Shown one piece after another: positions 9,963 to 19,279 of a DNA stretch of 64,000 nt (position 1 is the stretch's first letter; the number at the start of each line of letters is the position of its first letter). The position numbers were made by a program, and so were the translations under genes. The stretch covers positions 295,045-359,044 of IMG/VR virus record IMGVR_UViG_3300035698_035310. One strand, given 5' to 3'. The notes beneath the pieces are model-generated. The model was not told where the DNA came from and made no database searches. It saw only the letters and a list, made by a program, of their open reading frames with translations.

Positions 9963-10525
9963 CTATGTGTACAATGAGATTAGCGATGATTGCATGTGAT
10001 CAAATGGAAGGATTATCCATTTTGCAACATGGCGAAAGCGTTGCTTCATATTATAAAGATTTGAAGTCTCACTTACAACACGGAACGGATTTAAAATATG
10101 AGTGGCGCATGCCTTCATGGATTAACAACCCGTTGATATTAAACAATTTGCTATCTGATGATATTATGGAAACGTATCACATTTATCATGATTGTGGAAA
10201 GCCAGTGTGTATTAAATGGGACGAAAATGGGAGACGACACTTTCCTAATCATGCTGAAGTGTCAAAACAAACTTGGTTAGAAAACGGTGGCGACCCTTAG
10301 ATTGCTAAATTAATTGGTATGGATATGGATATTCATACTATCAAAGCAGACGGTGTAGAAGAATTTGCATCAAGGCCCGAAGCGATTAGTTTATTATTGA
10401 CGGGTTTGTCGGAAGTTCATTCTAATGCATCAATGTTTGGTGGAATAGAATCGACGAGTTTTAAAATCAAATTTAAGCAGTTAGAAAAGCGTGGTAAGAA
10501 AATCTTAGCATTGCTTGAAAAATAA
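9959..10525 (+). CDS. HD-domain protein; in-frame TAG at 10298-10300 joins ORFs 9959-10300 and 10319-10525
   Basis: QHG...YHDCGKP...HFPNHAEVS, then GDP*IAKLIGMDMDIH...EVHSNA, continuous in one frame. The HD fold needs both halves. Confidence 0.75.
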
Positions 10526-10581
10526 ACGGCACACGTGATACAGCCGGAACCAATGTATCACTTTATATAAGGAGAAATATT

Positions 10582-10899
10582 ATGACTACATTTACTTTTA
10601 AGACTCGTAACGAATATCTTACACAACGCGCTGAATGGAAAGCAGATTATAAAGCATTGAGCCAAACCATTCGTGATTTGAAAGGACAACGCAAACAGTA
10701 TACATGGAAATATGTTCCAAAGGGCAAGAACATTAAAATGGGCGACAACCCACGATATGATTCTACTGCTGGTTGGAGTGCGGTTGCACTTAAATATAAG
10801 GCAACTAAAATGTTAGAAGACCTTGCTGAAGCTAAAATTGAGGCAGGTAAGCAACGTGAATATCGCATTGCTAACGAACAAGAAGCAGCAGCAGCGTAA
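10582..10899 (+). CDS. Hypothetical basic protein
   Basis: AAGGAG RBS; 105 aa; followed by a terminator. Confidence 0.8.
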   Translation: MTTFTFKTRNEYLTQRAEWKADYKALSQTIRDLKGQRKQYTWKYVPKGKNIKMGDNPRYDSTAGWSAVALKYKATKMLEDLAEAKIEAGKQREYRIANEQEAAAA

Positions 10900-10908
10900 C
10901 ATATTAAT

Positions 10909-10934
10909 GGGGGCCATAGTGCCCCCGTTTTTTT
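10909..10934 (+). terminator. Rho-independent terminator
   Basis: GGGGGC-catagt-GCCCCC followed by a T7 tract. Confidence 0.8.
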
Positions 10935-10952
10935 CAACATTAGGAGAACAAA

Positions 10953-11501
10953 ATGGCAACACTAAAAGAACACAAAGAGCAATTAGTAAAAATGAAACCA
11001 TCTAACATTTGGACGGATGATGATTTAAAAAAACGTGCACAAAATAGAAAATCGTTACACACGTAGTTTCCATATGTTATAACATATAAAGGCTATTATG
11101 GATTGCATGATACAATGGTCGATTGGTGCCGTGAACAATTTAGCGACATGTATGGCGAATGCGATTGGGATGATTGTGATTTGGGATGGGAAAAATGGCA
11201 CGACAATATAGGGCTACAAGGTCAACTCGACAATGAATTATATGACGAAATATTATTTGATAAAGGCAGCGAACTTCATTATTGGTGGCGCACATTAATT
11301 ATTGAAACACATTACGACATAATAAAAACTGAATACTTTCCAACACAACCGGGCGATCATTGCCATCAGGGAACATGGAGAAGTAATTTCGTAATTAAAA
11401 CTGGATATGATTATGGATATCAAGATTATTGCTTCAAAAACGGCGAAGACGCGTTCTATTTCAAGATAATGTGGGACGAAGAAGTTTTTAAAAGAAATTG
11501 A
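10953..11501 (+). CDS. Hypothetical protein; in-frame TAG at 11064-11066
   Basis: AGGAG RBS before ATG 10953. MATLKEH...RKSLHT*FPYVITYKGYYGLHDTMVDWC continues in frame into the ORF called at 11103, whose TTG start has no RBS. Confidence 0.7.
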
Positions 11502-11600
11502 TATTTTTTTATTGACTTGAATATAGTGTTAGTATATAGTGTATTCAAGTTCGGGCACGTGCCCTAACTATTTTTATCATTACACAGGAGTATTATTATC

Positions 11601-11810
11601 ATGGCTAAATTGAAACTATCACAAAACCAACGCGTACTTTCTACGCTTAACAAAGTCGGCTCTATCACCAATGTCGCTGCACGTTCACGCGGTATTCAAA
11701 ATCTTCGCGCACGAATTTGCGAGCTTCGCAACACTGGTGTCAAGATTAAAACTGAGCCATATGTTCGCAAAGACGGCGTCGTCGCTGCAAAATACATTCT
11801 TTCTGCATAA
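11601..11810 (+). CDS. Small winged-helix DNA-binding protein
   Basis: SQNQRVL...SIT...A..RGIQNLRARICELR..G..I is a typical wHTH pattern; AGGAG RBS. Confidence 0.7.
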   Translation: MAKLKLSQNQRVLSTLNKVGSITNVAARSRGIQNLRARICELRNTGVKIKTEPYVRKDGVVAAKYILSA

Positions 11811-11834
11811 AAGCCTTTCGTTAAAGCATAAATT

Positions 11835-11867
11835 AAAAATAGGTAGCAGTTTGCTACCTATTTTTTT
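11835..11867 (+). terminator. Rho-independent (possibly bidirectional) terminator
   Basis: AAAAATAGGTAGCA-gtt-TGCTACCTATTTTTTT. Confidence 0.8.
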
Positions 11868-11935
11868 GTCTTGACATATAACACTTATTACGTTAATATT
11901 AAACCCACAAATGATATTAATGAAAGGATGCTATT

Positions 11936-12409
11936 ATGGCTGAACAACCTGACGATCAACCAAAAAAGAAGAAAAAACAAAAAAAACAAAAGATGAGCAA
12001 AAGCAGTTCTAATACTGTTGCACAGGTATATTTCAATGAGTCTGAACCAGAGTATCCGTTGACATTGCCACTGGAGATGCTTGTCCGTGCAAAAGCCATC
12101 TTAGATATGCATAACATCATAATGAAGCCATGGGTCACGCTTATAAGCCTTGGTAAGCACGCTATTGAAGCATGGACAATTGGCGGCGACCCAATCGATA
12201 AAAAATATTGGTGGATGGATCAATATATCGAATCTGTATGCAACATGATATGGTGTGACATTAATAGTAAATACTATAAAGAATGGTGTGATACAGGCAT
12301 TCTATTGGATGTTCCATCATTGAATAAACGATCAAGAGGAAGTCCAGAAAGTGTTGCAGAACATTTTGCCGATGTCGCAGTTAAAGCGTTTATAGAGCCA
12401 TACAAATAA
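11936..12409 (+). CDS. Hypothetical protein
   Basis: 157-aa ORF after a TTGACA promoter and AAGGA RBS; Lys-rich N-terminus. Confidence 0.65.
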   Translation: MAEQPDDQPKKKKKQKKQKMSKSSSNTVAQVYFNESEPEYPLTLPLEMLVRAKAILDMHNIIMKPWVTLISLGKHAIEAWTIGGDPIDKKYWWMDQYIESVCNMIWCDINSKYYKEWCDTGILLDVPSLNKRSRGSPESVAEHFADVAVKAFIEPYK

Positions 12410-12420
12410 TAAGGTAATAC

Positions 12421-13512
12421 ATGACAGATAAAACAAAAATAATGATTATTGGTGCTGGTAATATTGGTATTGCTATTGCATCAATGTTACTACACATCGA
12501 CGCATATGAAATATCAATATCCGATAAACTTGACGCACTTTCTTCTGTGACGGCATTGAAGCATCTTGGTGTGGCTAAAGTATTACTAGATGCATCAAGC
12601 GATGCACAATTAAGAGAAGTGTTGAAATCATATGATTATGTCATAAATGCGGGACCGTATCATTTGGCTTCCACAATAGCAATGGCTGCGATTAAAACAG
12701 AGACGCATTATTTCGATTTAACTGAAGATGTATTTCAAACTGATCGTATTAGATCATTTGCTAGCATTGATTTAAAAACTGTATTAGTTCCTCAATGTGG
12801 ATTGGCACCTGGGTATATTTCTATATTGGCTAACCATGTTGCACAACAATTCGATCAAGTGTGCGACGTTAAAATGAGAGTTGGTGCACTTCCAATAAAT
12901 CCAACCAATGCATTGAAATATAATACATCGTGGTCTATTGATGGACTAATTAATGAATATTTACATCCATGTAACGCAATAAAAAATGGAAAAATGACAG
13001 TAACAGAACCACTTGAAGGATATGAAACATTCGTATTAGACGGCGTTCAGTATGAAGCATTTAATACTAGTGGTGGATTGGGAACTATGTGTGAAACATG
13101 GAAAGGCAAAGTCGATTCTATGAGTTATAAAACAGTTCGATATCCAGGTCATAATTATTTGATGAAATTTCTTATTGATGATATGAACATCGAGGAACAA
13201 CAACTGAAAGATATGATGACCTCCGCAGTTCCATCCACTAGTCAGGATGTTGTGGTGATATTAGTTGAAGTAACTGGTATGAAAAATGGCAAACTTGTAA
13301 CAAAAAATGAAACCAGAAAAATATATGGAAATCACGGATGGAGTGGTATACAACTAGCAACAGCATCTGGTGTATGCACAGTGGTAGAAATACATCGTCA
13401 GAATCTTATCCAAACAAGCGAGGGCGGATTTATTAAACAAGAAGATATAAATTATGACGATTTCGTAACAATAAATCGAGCATATTTCAATAATGTCTAC
13501 AACACTATTTGA
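12421..13512 (+). CDS. Saccharopine dehydrogenase / lysine 6-dehydrogenase family oxidoreductase
   Basis: GAGNIG Rossmann motif; HYFDLTED, QCGLAPG, VGALP, FNTSGG and YKTVRYPGH. Confidence 0.85.
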   Translation: MTDKTKIMIIGAGNIGIAIASMLLHIDAYEISISDKLDALSSVTALKHLGVAKVLLDASSDAQLREVLKSYDYVINAGPYHLASTIAMAAIKTETHYFDLTEDVFQTDRIRSFASIDLKTVLVPQCGLAPGYISILANHVAQQFDQVCDVKMRVGALPINPTNALKYNTSWSIDGLINEYLHPCNAIKNGKMTVTEPLEGYETFVLDGVQYEAFNTSGGLGTMCETWKGKVDSMSYKTVRYPGHNYLMKFLIDDMNIEEQQLKDMMTSAVPSTSQDVVVILVEVTGMKNGKLVTKNETRKIYGNHGWSGIQLATASGVCTVVEIHRQNLIQTSEGGFIKQEDINYDDFVTINRAYFNNVYNTI

Positions 13513-13590
13513 AAATATATAATTTTTTTATAAAAACCGGTCTAAATGAATAAATACTATTAATAAACATCTTTTAATAGGATTAGATCG

Positions 13591-13905
13591 ATGAGTCGCC
13601 CAAAACCAATTATATTATTCGAATTTACCGATAAAGATTATAAAACAGAAGAAATACTAAAAGGCGAATCAGTCTTTGCGGTATGTTTTGACAATCAGCC
13701 GATAAATTTAAGATCGCGAAATAAAATGAAATACGATCCAATCCTTGGGCGTGAATATCCTGGACCAAAGTATAAGAAAACTTCTTTTACTAATCCTGGG
13801 CATGCCTTCAATTTGGCTGAACGATTGAATACTCTATTTAAAACAGATAAATTTAAAGTTCATAAAATGGAAATGGGTCCAACTGTAAGTGAAAATGATA
13901 TATGA
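13591..13905 (+). CDS. Conserved jumbo-phage hypothetical protein
   Basis: MSRPKP...PINL...GPKYKKTSFTNPGHA motif. Confidence 0.75.
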   Translation: MSRPKPIILFEFTDKDYKTEEILKGESVFAVCFDNQPINLRSRNKMKYDPILGREYPGPKYKKTSFTNPGHAFNLAERLNTLFKTDKFKVHKMEMGPTVSENDI

Positions 13906-14483
13906 TTCCATTCCCCGATAAAAAATATAAAGCAATATTAGCCGATCCACCATGGTCGTTTAAAAACTTCTCCAAAAAAGGCGAAAGCAGAAACGTCAAC
14001 AAACACTATGATGTTATGAAATTGGCGGATATTAAAGCATTGCCAGTTGGAGAACTTGCCGATAAAAACAGCGTTCTTTTTATGTGGGCTACTGGCCCAC
14101 TATTAGATAAAGCGTTTGATGTTATTAATGCATGGGGATTTACATATAAAACATTAGCGTTCACATGGATCAAACAGAATAAAAAATCAGCCGGATTATT
14201 TATGGGTGGCGGTTATTGGACTAGAAGCAATGCAGAAATTTGTTTACTAGCCACAAAGGGAAAACCATCCCGTGTGAATGCCGATGTCATGCAGCCAATC
14301 ATATCACCACGAAGAGAACATAGTCGCAAGCCTGATGAAATACACGAACGTATAGAACGTTTGGTAAGTGGGCCATACATAGAGTTGTTTGCACGAACAG
14401 AATCAAGAACGTGGGACACTTGGGGTAATGATACTGAACATTTTGGCACAGAAAGCACATATAACGAAATATTCACCAAATAA
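13902..14483 (+). CDS. MT-A70 family N6-adenine methyltransferase
   Basis: ILADPPW, LFMWAT, WGF.YKT..F.W.K, HSRKP, ELFAR and WGN motifs. Confidence 0.9.
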   Translation: MIPFPDKKYKAILADPPWSFKNFSKKGESRNVNKHYDVMKLADIKALPVGELADKNSVLFMWATGPLLDKAFDVINAWGFTYKTLAFTWIKQNKKSAGLFMGGGYWTRSNAEICLLATKGKPSRVNADVMQPIISPRREHSRKPDEIHERIERLVSGPYIELFARTESRTWDTWGNDTEHFGTESTYNEIFTK

Positions 14484-14570
14484 TGATATTATACAAAAAT
14501 ATAATAAAAATTTAATTGTAATATAATTTTAGTATACTTAAATAAATACTGTAGTTGTTTTATTTACTAT

Positions 14571-15500
14571 ATGGAGATTTTAATGAACACAGTTGTTATA
14601 TATCATGCAAGATGCACTGATGGCGCAGGAGCAATGTGGTCTGCGTGGAAACATTTTCAAGATGATGCCATTTATATTCCAGTAGGAAAAAATAATGATC
14701 GCCGAAAATATGCATTGACCAAATGTCTCCAAGCAAAGCGAGTATATATGCTTGATGTTATGTTGGATATGGATGATATAGAATCATTATTAATTAATAA
14801 TATTGATGTATTTTTGTTAGATCATCACATTAGCAATATAGTTGCATTAAAAAAAGCAAAACTTAAAAGAAAATATCCAGTTTTTCTACATGAACATAAT
14901 GACATAGAACGCAGCGGTGCTGGTATAGCATGGGATCACTTCAATGATGGTCCACGACCAATCATTATTAATTATGTTGAAGATTTTGATTTATGTCATT
15001 GGTCTATGCCCAATAGTGAAAATATTGATGTATATTTGAGTCAATTTAATTGGTCTGATAATGAAACAATAATAAAAATATTTAATGAGTTGGAAAGCAT
15101 CAATCCTGGAAAAATGGCAGCATTAGGAAAACCGTTAGTAGATTACAAAAACCAGTTGATGGTAAAAAATATAGCACATATTGCTAGAGCCAAGATACGC
15201 ATTGACATGCCAACTGAAACTAGTCACGTTGCCACGACATATGATATTCCTATATTAAATGCTAATCAATTTATAAATGAGACGGGCGAGTTCATGGCAC
15301 AGGGTGAATCATTTTCAATAATATGGCAAATGACTAATGATAGCAAAATAATTCTTAATTTAAGAAGTGATGAAAATGGTGAAGATGTTAGCATTATTGC
15401 AGCACAGTTGGGAGTAAAAGGTGGCGGTGGGCATAAGAATGCATCTGGGGTACGATTTGAAACCATACAAGACATGTTAGAAATTATCACAATATATTAA
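14571..15500 (+). CDS. DHH/DHHA1 phosphoesterase, copy 1
   Basis: YHARCTDG, LDHH, SGA, EDFDL and GGGH motifs. Confidence 0.85.
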   Translation: MEILMNTVVIYHARCTDGAGAMWSAWKHFQDDAIYIPVGKNNDRRKYALTKCLQAKRVYMLDVMLDMDDIESLLINNIDVFLLDHHISNIVALKKAKLKRKYPVFLHEHNDIERSGAGIAWDHFNDGPRPIIINYVEDFDLCHWSMPNSENIDVYLSQFNWSDNETIIKIFNELESINPGKMAALGKPLVDYKNQLMVKNIAHIARAKIRIDMPTETSHVATTYDIPILNANQFINETGEFMAQGESFSIIWQMTNDSKIILNLRSDENGEDVSIIAAQLGVKGGGGHKNASGVRFETIQDMLEIITIY

Positions 15501-15544
15501 AAATAATAATCGATGACATGGAAAAAATGTTAAGTGTTATAAAA

Positions 15545-15573
15545 TTGACTTTATGAACACATTTTAGTATACT
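15545..15573 (+). promoter_or_regulatory. Sigma70-like promoter
   Basis: TTGACT-N17-TATACT. Confidence 0.6.
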
Positions 15574-15593
15574 TAAATTAATAAATTTAATAT

Positions 15594-16526
15594 ATGGAGA
15601 AATTAATGGATATAGTTGTTATATATCATGCAAGATGCACAGATGGCGCGGGGGCAATGTGGTCCGCATGGAAACATTTTCAAGATGATGCCATTTATAT
15701 TCCAATAGGAAAAAATAGTAAAAAACAAAAATCCGTATTAAATAAATGTCACAAAGCAAAGCGAGTATATATGCTTGATGGTATGTTGGATATGGTCGAC
15801 GTAGAATCATTGTTAATGAATGATATTGAGGTGTTTCTATTAGATCACCACATCAGCAATATCACCGCGTTAAGTGATGCAAAACTTCAAGAAAAATATC
15901 CAGATTTATTACACGATCACAATGATATTGAACGTAGTGGTGCTGGTATCGCGTGGGATTACTTCAACGAAGGTCCACGACCAAGCATTATTAATTATGT
16001 AGAAGATTTTGATTTGTGGCATTGGGCCATGCCCGAGGGTGAAAGCATCCATGTTTATCTGAGCCAATTCAATTGGTCAAGCAATGAAGAAATTATTGGA
16101 TTGTTTAACACTTGGGAAAACGTTAGTCCAGGTCATTTGGCTGCAATGGGAAAACCACTTGTTGATTATAAAAATCAATTGATGGGGAGAAATTTATCAC
16201 ATATCGCAAGGGCCAAAGTATATGTTGTATTGCCAACAGAATTTAGTCGCATAGCGATGACATATGATGTTCCTATTCTAAATGCCAATCAATTTATAAG
16301 TGAAACAGGTAATGTCATGGCACAAGGCGAACCATTTGCGGTAATTTGGCAAGTAATGAACGACTGCAAAATTAGGCTTAGTTTGAGAAGTGATGATAAC
16401 GGTGAAGATGTTAGCATCATAGCAACACACTTGGGCATAAAAGGCGGTGGACACAAGCACGCCGCTGGATTGCGTTTTGATTCTATGCAAGATATGTTAG
16501 AAGTTATCACGATGTATGAAAAATAA
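15594..16526 (+). CDS. DHH/DHHA1 phosphoesterase, copy 2
   Basis: YHARCTDG, LDHH, DFDLW, SLRS and GGGHKHAAG; tandem paralog of 14571-15500. Confidence 0.9.
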   Translation: MEKLMDIVVIYHARCTDGAGAMWSAWKHFQDDAIYIPIGKNSKKQKSVLNKCHKAKRVYMLDGMLDMVDVESLLMNDIEVFLLDHHISNITALSDAKLQEKYPDLLHDHNDIERSGAGIAWDYFNEGPRPSIINYVEDFDLWHWAMPEGESIHVYLSQFNWSSNEEIIGLFNTWENVSPGHLAAMGKPLVDYKNQLMGRNLSHIARAKVYVVLPTEFSRIAMTYDVPILNANQFISETGNVMAQGEPFAVIWQVMNDCKIRLSLRSDDNGEDVSIIATHLGIKGGGHKHAAGLRFDSMQDMLEVITMYEK

Positions 16527-16529
16527 TAT

Positions 16530-16883
16530 ATGAATGTACGACAAGACGTATTTGACGCGGTTCAATCACAAATAGACCTCGATATAGATTTTAAAAAACT
16601 ATGCGCGGAAATATATTTCCATCCTGGTGGAGATACATTACGTCTTAGTTTTAAAGGATTGGTTTTTTTATCTGATTATTTACCATCCAATAAAGTTGAT
16701 GTATTGATAGAAAATCAAAATAGAAAAACTATGCCATCAAAGCATTATGTGTTTTTAACACGATATAATAAAATGCCATATTACATAGGCGGAAAATATA
16801 TTACATTTTTTGATGAAGACGCGGCGTTTTTATTTAAAATGTGCGATGGCGACATAGAAAACGTAAAAGAAGTAACTAAATGA
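16530..16883 (+). CDS. Conserved phage hypothetical protein
   Basis: LRLSFKG...PYYI...FFDEDAAFLFKM. Confidence 0.7.
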   Translation: MNVRQDVFDAVQSQIDLDIDFKKLCAEIYFHPGGDTLRLSFKGLVFLSDYLPSNKVDVLIENQNRKTMPSKHYVFLTRYNKMPYYIGGKYITFFDEDAAFLFKMCDGDIENVKEVTK

Positions 16884-16978
16884 AACTAAATGAAATATAA
16901 ATTTGACAGCAACAATTCTCCTAGTGTATGCTACATAGATAAAGAGTATACAAAAATAAAAACAAGGAGTTAATTATA

Positions 16979-18160
16979 ATGCGTCCTACCGATGTAGTAA
17001 TAGGATTGAATAGACTGAATAAAGTACAATTACCAGCAATGCTTTGGGGTAGCCCAGGTATTGGTAAATCTTCAGTTATTCATCAAATGGGAAAAAATAA
17101 CAATCGGAAAATATATGATATACGATTGGCACTGTTAGACCCAACCGATTTGCGGGGTATACCATTTTATAACCCTAAGACAAATAGTGCACAATGGGCA
17201 CAATCGTCCATTCTTCCAAAAGAAATGCCATTTGGCACAATTATCGGTCAACAAGAATATACAGATACCGACAATGTAGTTGAAGTTAGAGCAACACTTG
17301 TAATGGGTGCCGATGGTCAGCCATATCTTGAATTACCAGATCACATTAAAGAAGAAATTGTTCGCGATCAAAACGCAATATTATTTCTCGACGAAATTAA
17401 CACAGCGCCACCAGTTATTCAAGCCGCATCATATCAATTAGTACTTGATCGAAAAATCGGCGAATATTTCTTACCAGATGGTGTTAGTATTATTGCCGCT
17501 GGTAACAATGAAGGTGATAAAGCCGTTACCTTTAAAATGCCAACGCCATTAATGAATCGATTTGTTCATATTGATTTCGAAGTTAAATTTGCTGATTGGC
17601 ACGAATGGGCAATCACTAATCGTAAAATAGCAGATGACGTTGTTGGATTTCTTAATTTCAGCGAAATGCATTTAAATAAATTCGATCCTAACTCAAAAAG
17701 TCGTGGATTTCCAACACCTCGTTCATGGGAATTTGTATCTAAAATTCTTGATCCAAATATACCAGAGGCAGTGTTGCGTGGTCTTATTGGTGGTGCAGTG
17801 GGTGATGGTGCAGCAATTGAATTTTTGAAATTCCGTGAAATTCGTCTTAATTTACCCGATCCAGGTGATGTTCTTGATGGAAAGGTAGCCCCACAAGTAA
17901 ATCCAAGTCTATCAGAATCGTATGCTATGATTGTAGCGTTAAGTTATAAATTAAGTGAACGATTTGAAAAAATGGGAAAAACTCCAGAATTTTTGAAAAT
18001 GGAAGCAACATACTTAGAGTTTCTTCATGCATCTTACAAACCCGAATACTGTGTTCTAGGTGTTCGTGATACACTAAAAGCGTTCAAACTTCCAATGGTA
18101 CAAGCGCCAAACTGGAAAACCTTTGCGAAGAGTTATACCCGCTTCGTAATGGCAGCCTAA
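16979..18160 (+). CDS. MoxR-like AAA+ ATPase
   Basis: Walker A GSPGIGKS, DLRGIP, Walker B LFLDE, AAGN, NRF and TPRSW. Confidence 0.9.
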   Translation: MRPTDVVIGLNRLNKVQLPAMLWGSPGIGKSSVIHQMGKNNNRKIYDIRLALLDPTDLRGIPFYNPKTNSAQWAQSSILPKEMPFGTIIGQQEYTDTDNVVEVRATLVMGADGQPYLELPDHIKEEIVRDQNAILFLDEINTAPPVIQAASYQLVLDRKIGEYFLPDGVSIIAAGNNEGDKAVTFKMPTPLMNRFVHIDFEVKFADWHEWAITNRKIADDVVGFLNFSEMHLNKFDPNSKSRGFPTPRSWEFVSKILDPNIPEAVLRGLIGGAVGDGAAIEFLKFREIRLNLPDPGDVLDGKVAPQVNPSLSESYAMIVALSYKLSERFEKMGKTPEFLKMEATYLEFLHASYKPEYCVLGVRDTLKAFKLPMVQAPNWKTFAKSYTRFVMAA

Positions 18161-18238
18161 GTGTTTGATAATAAAGGATATTTTTTAGCCGCATTCATTT
18201 GACGTTGATGTATTAATATCCTTAAAGGGGATGGTTGT

Positions 18239-18913
18239 TTATTCAATCATCCCTTTTTCAATATAAGATATAGTCCATTTTTTATGAGTATAACAACCTC
18301 TACCACCTCTTGCGATAGCCGCCATCCTTCCTTTATTGAGATTATATTTTCGGCAAAATCTAGTGAGATTTATTCTCGTAAAGCGCGTACCTTCGGGACT
18401 TATAGCCGTGAACCACTTTGCTTTACTATTTCGCACCGAATCTTTTTTATTCATTCCACCCATTATCAATGGCTTCCCCAATCTATTTGGGCGCGGAACG
18501 CCAGCAGCAGCCTTACCGGTTTGCTTTCTACCCGCGCAACTATACGCGGTTGGATTATGATTATATCCATTATCCAACCAAATAAATGGTTTATGTTTGT
18601 CAAGATAACGTTGCTCACAATCAATCAATATCTGTTTCGCTACATCTGGATGTACATCATCAATATCGCACTCTTCTAATATTTCCCAAATAAACCCACT
18701 AGAGCCATATTTTCGCAGAGCATTGACAAATGGCATATGAGCATGCTCTGTTCTTTTTATTGAATATTCATGACCAGCCCAACGGTTGCGAATGTCCTTT
18801 CCGCTACCGATATATATTTTTCCATTAGTTTTATTAGTTATTATATAGACACCAGCAATACCAGATGGTATAGATGTTGTTATGGTCGTGTGTTTGAATC
18901 TAAATTTTTTCAT
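18239..18913 (-). mobile_element. Free-standing GIY-YIG homing endonuclease
   Basis: GVYIITN..NGKIYIGS...R...H and EQRYLD...GYN motifs; antisense insertion right after the ATPase. Confidence 0.85.
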
Positions 18914-18924
18914 GACATGTTACC

Positions 18925-19020
18925 TATAAATAGAGTATGGGTGCGTATTGGTCTATTACCTAGCCAATCAGTTATATAAGTGTCCGCTTATATGACTCGC
19001 CCTTTCTTTATATTATTTAT
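18925..19020. ncRNA. Structured element (three-way junction) upstream of the GIY-YIG gene
   Basis: Stems GGGTGCG/CGCCC, ATTGGTCTA/TAGCCAAT and AGTTATATAAG/CTTATATGACT, flanked by TATAAATA and TATTTAT. Confidence 0.5.
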
Positions 19021-19042
19021 CATATATTGTATAAATAATACT

Positions 19043-19279
19043 ATGAGAGCAAAAGAATTTATATTAGAATACGCCATAGGCAACAAAACTGATTTCACAC
19101 AGATAAGTGCGCCATGTGATGCGTGTCACGGAACTGGCAACACTGATACCGGTGGGGGGAGTGAAACCTGCCAAGCATGCAAAGGCGTGGGCACACAAGA
19201 TAAAACAGATAACACTGGATATGCGATGGATAAAGACCATCAATCATTACAAGGCACCTATGCGGGTGGAGGATTTTAA
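19043..19279 (+). CDS. Small protein with DnaJ-type CxxCxGxG zinc-finger repeats
   Basis: ATG 19043 (MRAKEFILE) just after TATAAATA (19030-19037); CDACHGTG and CQACKGVG. Confidence 0.7.
   Translation: MRAKEFILEYAIGNKTDFTQISAPCDACHGTGNTDTGGGSETCQACKGVGTQDKTDNTGYAMDKDHQSLQGTYAGGGF

Noticed and set aside
18925-19020. Hammerhead ribozyme or tRNA reading of the three-way junction
   Set aside because: No CUGAUGA/GAAA core in the right places on either strand (only CTGATTG), and no T-loop or cloverleaf.
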